Below, piece after piece: positions 46,445 to 64,000 of a stretch of 64,000 nt of DNA. The number at the start of each line of letters is the position of its first letter. The stretch's first letter is position 1. The translations under genes were made by a program, and so were the position numbers. This DNA comes from Hormiphora californensis (lineage: Eukaryota > Animalia > Ctenophora), in NCBI GenBank assembly GCA_020137815.1, contig CM035360.1:4216001-4280000 (forward strand), read 5' to 3'. The notes beneath the pieces are model-generated. The model made no database searches and was not told the origin of the DNA. It saw only the letters and a program-made list of their open reading frames with translations.

Positions 46445-47639
46445 ATGGCCGACTCTCAGTTAGCGAAAACCCAAAGAAAATTGTTATGAGTTGATTTGAA
46501 TAGAGTACTTACTTCCTTCCATGTTATGTACTTCATGAGGGCAAAGATAAATTGCCTTACCTAATAAGGATATGCTCCAATCCGTTAATATTTAGCTTAA
46601 TCAAGTTCTACGGTGAGTTTTAGGACAGATGCACCAACCGGGAGGTTATGCTACGCCAAGAAAGTGTGTCAGAGTTGTCACTGAGTCACTTTGCCGGCAG
46701 TATATTTCGTCTCTTGCGGTGGGACGTCTTTGGAAGATGTCGCCAGAGGTGCAACTGCAAGGGATGTCGTGACGGTTCACGGTTCCACTGCTTATACATA
46801 AGAATGTCCATCTGATGGATCGAAGTGAATTGGATAGTTACAAGTTAAACCGTTCATTGATTAAGATGACCACTGAGATAGACCTCCGGCTATCGCGATG
46901 AGTCCAAAGTCTCTATTGTTTGAGTGTGGTGTTGAACTGGACTCAACTTTCCACAAGCTGTTCCAGTGTACTTCGGCAGGAGCTGTTTCGGCTCTAAGGG
47001 GACAGTGTCAGCCTCTATCTGATTGTACTGCCAACTTTCACATTCCACTCATATTCTCTAGAGATAGGAATCTTAAACAGAAGTTTCGAAATCTAGTTAA
47101 TGAGGTATCCGCCAACCTTGAATTTGGGGAAGAGTTTTTAAACCATTAGCTTACTAGTCTTTAATTCTCTGTTTTTAGATATGTAATTTTTCTAGCTGTA
47201 CCTAGTCTCACATTTGTTTAGCATTAGCTCACTCACTTTGTTTTATCATCCTATCTTTCACCCTTACTCCTCACTCATCGTTTGACTTAGCTTCACCCCC
47301 ATTCCTTCAGTATTTTTTTTAAGCGTTAATATTTTTACTCTTTAACTTATTCTTCTCTTATCACTTTAATCACACTTTAATTTATTCTTATCTTATCACT
47401 TTAATCTCAATTTAATTTAATTAATTAACTTTAATCACTATTTTATACGTTTTATACGTTTTATATTTTATAAGGCTATCTATATAGTTCTAGTACATAG
47501 TGCTAATCTACTCATCTATATAATCGAGAATCTTTATGATAATCCTATTTTGCTCACAAAAAGGAGTGTGTGTATGTTGATTTTGCCAATGTATACAATA
47601 TAGATTTAATAATAATAATAATCTATTGTTTTTAAAAAC

Positions 47640-50120
47640 CCTTCTCCCCCAGGAATCAGATAGAACGGCTGAAAATGTGACACTGTAAATTGATGGTGTA
47701 TTCATCAATCTAAAAGGAACTCCCGGTGATGCATCATTGATCATGTAGATACTATTACTGATTACTGAAATAAATGAAAAATAAGCCCTGGGGAAATCTC
47801 GGTGAGGGCTCTCTCTATCTGAACCATCTCCATTCCGTATCAATCTGCCTCTTTTCGCTAAAGTAAGTGAAATTCCAAAACATCCTCCCCTCTTGCCATA
47901 CAACCTCCCGGCTCCCCACCCTCATAATCTACCCACACAAACAAGGGAAAGATAGGGACGGTCTTTCCTCCTTCATTAGACCCCTCTCTATCTCTACTCC
48001 TCTTCAACCTCCCCTTGATCCTCCCCTTAATATTCCTCTCCTCCATAACTTGTCCGTATCTACTATCCCCATTCATCTTCCTCTCCTTCATCTTCCTCGG
48101 AGTCTAAAGTGCAGACTCCCCCGAGTAAAGTGCAGTATCAATTTAGTCTCTCTCATACTAACCCTTCTTTACCTCTCCCAGGATTCCGATAGAACAGCTG
48201 AAAGTTTGATACTCTGAATTGGTGGTGTATTTATCAATCTAAAAGTAACTTCCAGTGACTCGAATTCATCATGTGGACACGATTACTGATTACTGAAGTG
48301 AAGACAAGCCCTTGGGCACTCTCGGTGAGGGCTGTTTCTGTATCTGACCATCTCCGCTCCATATCCATCTGCTTCTTTTCGCAGTAAGGCCGGGTCCAGA
48401 CGAGTGGTAGGTAGCTACTATGGTAGGCTACCATGGTAAGCTACCATGATAGTAGCTGGGAACTGTCCAGACGAGTGTTAGCAAAGCTACAGCTATGGTA
48501 GGCTAGCTACCACTCGTCTGGCCACCCTCTGACACATCTACCATGATACTTCTGTAATCATCGGGGTATCAAATTTCTTATGCCCCACAGTAAGATGTGA
48601 TAACAAGTTACAATGGTAGGCGGTCAGAGGGTGAACAGACGAGTGACCACCTACTATAGTAGGCGGTTATACCTCGACCTATAACCGCCTACCATAGTAG
48701 CTTATGGTAGATATAGGCGTACAGACGAGTGGTAGCTGTGGTAGATATCTACCATAGTAGCCTACCATAGTAGCTACCTACCACTCGTCTGGACCCGGCC
48801 TTATTCTAAACAGTTTTCTCCTTCTACCATACAACCCCCGCTCCCCCACACCCACATAATCTACCCATACTTTATACCCGCCCCTCCGTCACATCCTTCT
48901 ACATTCATTACCCCTTGGCCTTTATTCCTCCCCTCCATCTCCCCCTTTTTCCTTCTCTCCTTCTTCCTCTACTCATGCATTCCCCTTCATCTCCCTCTCC
49001 ATCCGTTCCTTCATTCCCCTTTTATCCTACCACTTTACCCCCCCCCCCCTTCGACCTTCGTCCACGCTTTCTAGATAGTAGATACCCATTCATTTCCCAC
49101 TTCATCCCCCATCTCCTTCATTCCCCCTTTATCCTCTCCTCCATTTCCCCCTCTCCTCCATATCCCGTCCGTATCCACTATAAGATCGAGTAAAATGTGT
49201 ATCAATTTAGTCTCTCTCATTTGTACTAACCCTTCTTTACCTCTCCCAGGATTCCGATAGAACGGCTGAAAATTTTATACTCTGGATTGGTGGTGCATTT
49301 ATCAATCTAAAAGTAACTTCCAGTGACTCGAATTCATCATGTGGACACTATTACTGATTACTGAAGTGAAGAAAAGCCCTGGGGCACTCTCGGTTATGCA
49401 TATATGGCCTTTTCTCTCTGAACCATCTCCGCTCCATATCCATCTGCTTCTTTTCGCAGTAAGTCAGCCTCCCTTATTCCAAACAGTTTTCCCCTTCTAC
49501 CATACAACCCCCGCTCCACCACACCCACATAATCTACCCATACTGTATACCAGCCCCTCCGTCACATCCTTCTACATTCATTTCCCCTTGGCCTGCTATT
49601 CCTCCCCTCAAATCCCCTCCATCTCCCCCTTTTTCCTTCTCTCCTTCTTCCTCTACTCATTCATTCCCCCTTCATATCCCCCTTCCATCCGTTTTTTATT
49701 TCCCCATTTTATCCTACCCCTTCATCCCCCCGTCGACCGTCGCCCTCCTTCGTCCACCCTTTCTAGATGGTAGATACCCATTCATCCTCCATCTCCTCCT
49801 TCATTCCCCCTTTATCCTCTCCTCCATTTCCCCCTTCGTTCCCCTCTCCTACTTCCTCTATTCTCATTCCACCACTTCATCCTTCCCATCTATCTCTCCA
49901 TTCATCTATATCTCCTCCTTCACCCCCCCCACCTTTATCCTCCCCCGAACTAATCTTTCATTTTCTCCACTCTTTCTCTCCCGAGCTGGCAGCTCCCCTC
50001 CATCATTCTCCTCTTTTTGGTTACGAAGAGCTGTTGCGGAGGGGTTAGGGGTAATTTCATTACCAACTCCTTTCATATTACTGAAGCCCTGGGGACCATA
50101 GGTGAGGGATTTCTCTATCT
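47640..50120 (+). repeat. Three diverged tandem copies (plus a fragment) of an exon-like ~200-nt unit embedded in C/T-rich spacers
   Basis: Units start near 47653, 48182 and 49250 after cccag| and end at gtaag; partial copy near 50077. Confidence 0.7.
48388..48800. mobile_element. PIF/Harbinger-like MITE
   Basis: TIRs GGCCGGGTCCAGACGAGTGGTAGGTAGCTAC flanked by TAA/TTA; internal TACCAT/GGTAG subrepeats. Confidence 0.75.
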
Positions 50121-51019
50121 GAAGTTCAGATTGTGAACCTTGTGTAGCTCAGACTGGATTTCATTTCATAATCTGCGATGGTTACAAAATAACCCCTTTA
50201 AAGTTTAAAGGGGTTATTTCGTAACCAAACTCACTGTGTGGTGTATGCACTATGATCCACCCCTTCATTTGGCCAAATTGATACCTGAGTGAGATCGACG
50301 TCGCGCGCGACTGAGATCGATCTCAGGAGCGAGAATAGGTTGCAATGGAGCCAACCCCTTCATCTAACCCCACCCTCATCTACCTCTCTTTCTTCATTTG
50401 TTCCCTTCATTCTCCTTCGCCATTTCCTCCTTCTATTCATTCCTCCGGTCCTGCTTCATGCCCGTCCTGTACTCATCCATCTCCCTCTCTATCTCAACCT
50501 CGTCTCCCCCTTCATCTCTAGCTTCATCCCCCCTTTATCGTCCTCTGCCCCTTCATCCCCTTCTCCATCTTCCTCTCTTCTGTCGGTTACAAAGAAGTAA
50601 AAGTGGCTACGAGACATGTTCTTGCGGCGAGTACTAGCAGATAAATTTCCACTGCGAGAGTGCGAGGTCCCTGTTAAGTTGGTGACGCCGTCACCTCTCT
50701 AGAGACTTACAACGCTTTGCGGGCTTCGTTTTGGCACGCTACGCAAGCGAGTTGTAAGGGTGACTGCGTCACCAACCTGCTAAGAAGAAGGCGAAGAAGA
50801 GGTAGTGTTGTGTTCGTTTCCTTGGGGTTAGTTTGGTAGCCCGCAGTATGGTAGCCCGCAGTATGGTACATGTTCACAATTTTCATTTACATTTATCTCC
50901 TTCATCTTCCCATTCATCTCATTCAATCCTCTCCTTCTTCATTTCCTCATTACATCCTTTAAATCTAGTCATAATCTAAGACATCTCCCGAACCTCGTCC
51001 TGTCTTATCTCCAAAGTAT

Positions 51020-51520
51020 CAAACCTCACCCAGTCATCAGCTCTTCCAAACCTCACCCTGTTTTCTCTCCCAAACATCACCCTGTCTTCTCTCCCAAACG
51101 TCATCCTGTCTTCTTTCCCAAACGTCACTACGTCTTCTCTCCCAAACATCACCCTGTCTTCTCTCCCAAACCTCACCATGTCTTCTCTCAAAAACCTCAC
51201 CCTGTCATCTCTTCCAAACCTCACCCTGTCTGTTCTCTCAAACCTCACCATGTCTTCTCTCCCAAACCTCACCCTGTCTTCTCTCCCAAACGTCACCCTG
51301 TCTTCTCTCCCAAACGTCCACCATGTCATCTCTCCCAAACGTCACCATGTCTTCTCTCCCAAACCTCACCCTGTCTTCTCTCCCAAACCTCACCCTGTCT
51401 TCTCTCCCAAACCTCACCCTGTCTTCTCTCCCAAACCTCACCCTGTCTTCTCTCCCGAACCCCACCCTGTATTCTCTCCCGAACCCCACCCAGCACCCTG
51501 TCTTATCTCCCAAACCTCGC
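51020..51520. repeat. 24-bp minisatellite (CTCACCCTGTCTTCTCTCCCAAAC)n, ~20 units
   Basis: Direct reading; produces repetitive ORFs on both strands. Confidence 0.92.
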
Positions 51521-52970
51521 CCCATATTCTCTGCCGAGTGTTCTGTTTGTCACTGTAATCTGGATACCACAGTAGCTAGGGTATTTTGTGATCTCATCTC
51601 TCTCCACCTCTCAGGTCCCTGGTCCCAGTTTAATGATTGGTTACGATCCGAACCTGGGACAGATTGCAGTTAAATGCCGCATTCGTTTCGGTATACATCG
51701 GGTTGTCGTCAAATAAATAGATGAACAATAGTGTTGATACTGCTGATATGATAGACTATCTTTGGTGATATTTGTGATATCCCGGTGATATTTTATAAAT
51801 CTCTGTGGGCTAAAGAAAGGAGTAGGGGTTGATTATGCCACTTCCCAATTGCTGGCAGTCAGGATAAAATATTATTTACAAATTACATCTCATGTATTAT
51901 TTTGTTGCTTTGTTGTATTGACCACTAAAAACAATTTGTATCAATTTATTTCCGGCATGGTGGGGGATTCAAACCGCCCCTCGTCTTTGATTCAAGGTCA
52001 AAGATACAAGGTTTAGGGATCGCTCGCCTAATTATGTAATTGTCACAAAATGGGACTCTGTCTCAGTTCACGAACATGCTTTGTGTAGCGCGCGGGATAG
52101 GTCTAATGGTGAAATGAATCCTGCGCGCGCCGTCAGTAATGGGCTCTGACAAGCGGTTTTCGGCAAGGGTGCGCGGGATAGACTACTGGCCCCTATCGGG
52201 GGCCAGCAACGTTTGCCAATCGAAACATTCTGGACAGCCAAATCGGTGTGATCTTGTGTCAAGACTGAGTTGAGATATATTTTAGATCTATTTTAATACG
52301 CCCCTGGTCCCAGACCGTGCTCCATGGCTACCAAACGGTCCATAAAACAGTTCAAATGCATCCAGGTGACAAACGGGAGACTCGCCATCACTCGAGAGGA
52401 CGGCGACCAGTAGCTGGAGACACCCCTGACCCCGACAGCACACTAGCGACACCTTCAGCTGCAGGTGACATCCCAGTATCAAGCATGGAGTTCATGTGTG
52501 TCTCATGATATCGGGGTCTCCTGTCTGTCAACTGTCAACTGTCAACAAGGGCAATATTGACAGTGTCATGTTATTGTAAACAGATTTAATAATACATAAT
52601 AAACTGTCAACTGTGAGTTAAGGGTTTCCTAGAAGACTTCTTACCAATAGCTGTACAGTGGTCGGGCTTTTAAATATCCTGCCAAGTAACGTGAACAGTG
52701 TTCACTGAACACAGGACCTCGCCTCATTCACAGTTCTCAGCTGACGAGATTCACATGCAGACTGTCATCCAACCTAGGAGCGGTGCTTGGTTACGAATTC
52801 ACCCATTTGGCATTTACTTGTGCCCCGCCAGGACGCTTGCACAGAGAGGTGATTTCATTAGTAGGTATCTTGTTCCAGCTTTTGTGCCGTTTTGTGAGCT
52901 CCCTTATCAGTCAAGTTCGCAAGCATCTCTCCAATTGTAACATCCTGTGCTCACCTCGTGCTCACCTGTC

Positions 52971-54194
52971 ATGAGTGGTAGTACTGCTTCTGGAAACAGC
53001 TTTTCTAACCGACTCAGAGTGAACAGTGATGAAAGAGTGACAAAGGTGGTATACCGTGAGGTTCAGAGTGAAGTTGTGGACCTAGTGCGAGAACTGTTTG
53101 TTCATGTGAAGGAGGCAGATTCATTCCCCAAGAAATGGTCTGCTAGTTCAGCTTCCTGTTTCTGGGACAATCTGAAGTGTCCTAGTAAGAGTAAGATCAA
53201 GACAGTGGGAAAACCTGAACTTGCTGAGTTTGCTGAGAAGGCCTGTCGCTTGCTGGTTGAGCGTTGTTACCCGGCGATTGACAAGCTGTCTATTGAAACT
53301 GAGGAGTGTGAGAGGAGAATAATTAACTGTCAAGAGGAGCTTATCACCGCACAGCGATTGTTGGTTGAGGCCCAGGACCGATTAGTCAAGCTACAGTGTG
53401 AGCTGTTGGAGAAGAGAGACGGTGAGATCATTGCCGTGCAGTCTACCGCTGAGAAGGAGATTAAATCTTTTGCTGGTGTTCTCCAGAAAAACTGTGAGAC
53501 TGCCCTAGCACCGCAGCGGGTACGTCATGCTATTGCTGTAGCGACAGAGGACAGGGCGAACAATGTTATTGTGCATGGTCTGTTTGATGACCGGGCTGAG
53601 AATGATGAGGATCTGGAGAACGAAATTAAGCGAGTGTTTAACAGTTTGGGTGCGTGTATTACTGGTGTTTCCAGTATGAAGCGACTTGGGAAATATAAGG
53701 ATGGCTCTGACCGGCCTGTAAAGCTACGTTTATGTGGCAAAGACTTCCGAGATCAAGTACTGTCCAGTAAGAAATCTCTGAAGAACTCTGATAGGCACAA
53801 AAGTGTCTACATTTCCCCTGACCGTTCTCCAGAGGAGAGGGAGGAGAGGAGGAAGCTGGTGGTAGCGTTGAAGGAGAGGAAGGATGCGGAGCCGGGGAAG
53901 ACATTTGGGATTCGAGGTGGCAAGGTGGAGGAAGTGTGAGAAACAGTATGTGACTGCTGTGTTTGAGTTTGTGTGTTGATTTAAATTAAGTTAGGTTTTT
54001 GTGACTGGACTTTTGAGCATCAGAGCACCGGACTTTTAATTTGGAAAAAGAACATTATTTTTACTTTATATACTCTAGATATATTTGCAATGGTGAACCG
54101 CTCTGATTGCCGTGTAGTTTTCTAGTTATTTTTTCTAGTTACCTATATGGTATGAGCGTGTATACAAGTACGGATATTATTATTATTATTATTA
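52971..54194 (+). mobile_element. ORF1-only CR1/L2-type LINE derivative (coiled coil + RRM-like ORF1p, 52971-53939) with (TAT)n tail; 5' boundary upstream, not defined
   Basis: EDRANNVIVHGL, RLGKY...RPVKLRL, VYISPDRSPEEREERRKLV...IRGGKV are typical LINE ORF1p motifs; no ORF2 before the (TAT)n tail at ~54175-54194. Confidence 0.75.
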
Positions 54195-54304
54195 TCCAAT
54201 AAACACAACAACTCAATTGGAGCGTGTGGTAGTAACTATACTTCTAGTTCCAACAACAGCTAATTAGCTCACTATCACTGCACATCAGCTGCCACGTTTC
54301 AGTA

Positions 54305-55672
54305 TTGACTTAGTTACTTGACTTAAGGCGAGTGGTATTCTCGAACGCTGTAGGTCAGATTTCGCCAAGGATCTCGGCCAGCCATCATTGAAGATATCTC
54401 TGCTACGTTTTTACTCCAGTATCTCTTCGTATGGTGTCCACGAATGTAAGGTTTGGTCTCCCTCTCTTAGTTTTACCGTGGGAGGGTTCCCATAACAATT
54501 AGTCAGGGCATATGATGTCAATTTCATGGTGATTTTCGGCATAATTGTTATAAAGCTAATTCCACTTCTAGGAGGTCCTATTGGGTCCCTAGAACCACCA
54601 AAAAAAATGGTCGCGGTTTGTCGGATGAAGAAGTTGGGTTTCCGGGCCGCGCCCTTATACCTGTATTTTCAGGCTGTAGCCAAAAACATAAATCTTCTTA
54701 GAATAGGAGTAGAGAAAAATCCAGGGGCACTAAAGTGATCAGCGTCCTCGCATTAGTGGGGGTAGGTGCCGGAATTAAGTCTCTATCTCATCTGGTTAAT
54801 TAGATAATTGGATAATTAGGTTTGCGCATAACCGTTTTTTGGCTATACGGCTATAGCCACTTAGGAATGGTATAGAGACTTTTCACTGGTGCCATTTTGT
54901 TCAGAAAGAAATTTTAATCTAAGAGTTGTGGAAAAATTTAGGGCCTATCTCTTACCGTTTTGGCGTTATGTGCGGTAAACGAATGCCAAATTAGTCGAAA
55001 AAGCCAAAAATTGAGTTAATTGGCATTCGTTTACCGCACATAACGCCGAAACGGTAAAACATAGGCCCTAAATTTTTCCACAACTCTTAGATTAAAATTT
55101 CTTTCTGAACAAAATGGCACCAGTGAATAGTCTCTAAACCATTCCTAAGTGGCTATAGCCGTATGGCCAAAAAACGGTTATGCGCAAAACTAATTATCCA
55201 ATTATCTAATTAACCAGATGAGATAGAGACTTAATTCCGGCACCTACCCCCACTAATGCGAGGACGCTGATCACTTTAGTGCCCCTGGATTTTTCTCTAC
55301 TTCTATTCTAAGAAGATTTATGTTTTTGGCTACAGCCTGAAAATACAGGTATAAGGGCGCGGCCCGGAAACCCAACTTCTTCATCCGACAAACCGCGACC
55401 ATTTTTTTTGGTGGTTCTAGGGACCCAGTAGGACCTCCTAGAAGTGGAATTAGCTTTATAACAATTATGCCGAAAATCTAACATCATATGACCTGACTAA
55501 ATACTGAGTGTTAGCTATGGGTGTCTAAACGCGTGGCCAGCATGTCTCATGCGTCTCTCTGCTATTTCGAGGCTGAGAATCGGTAGGTCACCATACAGCT
55601 CGCAGTTGGTCATCCTCAGGAGATACTGGTTTTTATTCAGTGCCATCCTAAGCATTCGAGTGTAGGTGCCGT
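54305..55672 (-). mobile_element. Degenerate RTE/RTEX-like LINE 3' fragment interrupted by a 1-kb palindrome
   Basis: NGTYTRMLRMALN..MTNCELYGDLP..RRMRHAGHAFRH | LLWEPSHG..RG..TFVDTIRRDTG, then a short AAGTC/AAGTA repeat tail. Confidence 0.75.
54502..55497. mobile_element. ~1-kb near-perfect palindromic foldback element
   Basis: Arms GTCAGG(G/T)CATATGATGT... mirror each other to a centre near 55000; TA flanks. Confidence 0.88.
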
Positions 55673-55979
55673 TTCAGTATGGGGTATCCCATTTGAAGTT
55701 AACAATTAAGTGGTCACATAACCTGTCTATCATCCTGACTATTCTCCTAACGACGTCTTGCTGAGCACAGTTTTGAATAGTCTCACTTGTTGTCACTCCC
55801 GAATCCTTAAGTTACCTGCAACTAAATAACCTCACACACCTTCAAGGGACAGGTAGCGAGCTACCACCGATCTAAAACATATTACTTCTATTTAATTTGT
55901 TGTTTCACATTGTTATATGATCAGGGAGCAAATTAACATTTTCCATCCTTGTTAGCGTACCCCATTTCTCTAAAACAAC

Positions 55980-64000
<8,021 letters not shown>

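Noticed and set aside
46450-47150. Possible decayed non-LTR retrotransposon 3' end (ORF 46898-47149)
   Set aside because: No diagnostic motif recognised confidently.
50976-51673. Repetitive ORFs (FGREDRVR / SSLPNLTL / PHPVFSPK)
   Set aside because: The 24-bp minisatellite is open in several frames on both strands; no splice or start context.

Overview
Eukaryotic (animal) nuclear DNA: compact, with GT-AG introns and many repeats. The gene architecture suggests a ctenophore or other non-bilaterian invertebrate, but that is inference only. Left to right on the + strand: 3' exons of a villin-headpiece protein gene, then IDH1 running off the right edge. Between them are nine co-oriented minus-strand genes; in transcription order: RNASEH2C, APEX2, CCDC138-like, HM13/SPP, LRRC6, CC2D2A, CFAP45, EFHC1 and an orphan SPxK-rich protein. 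The ~15.5-kb HM13 intron hosts, antisense, four copies (two apparently complete, two 5'-truncated) of a Delta-like type I membrane protein. These have an MNNL/C2-like N-terminus with locally hypervariable segments and a variable number of DSL-like repeats. Other highlights: (i) a tight four-gene ciliary cluster with an X-box upstream and unpaired splice acceptors before the downstream ATGs, a candidate trans-spliced operon; (ii) RNASEH2C and APEX2 only 35 bp apart; (iii) minisatellites built from exon-intron junctions; (iv) about 11 apparent +1 frameshifts, nearly all resembling both alleles of a synonymous SNP written side by side (assembly artefact). Also present are MITE/foldback palindromes, CRE-, RTE- and Penelope-like retroelement fragments and an ORF1-only LINE.
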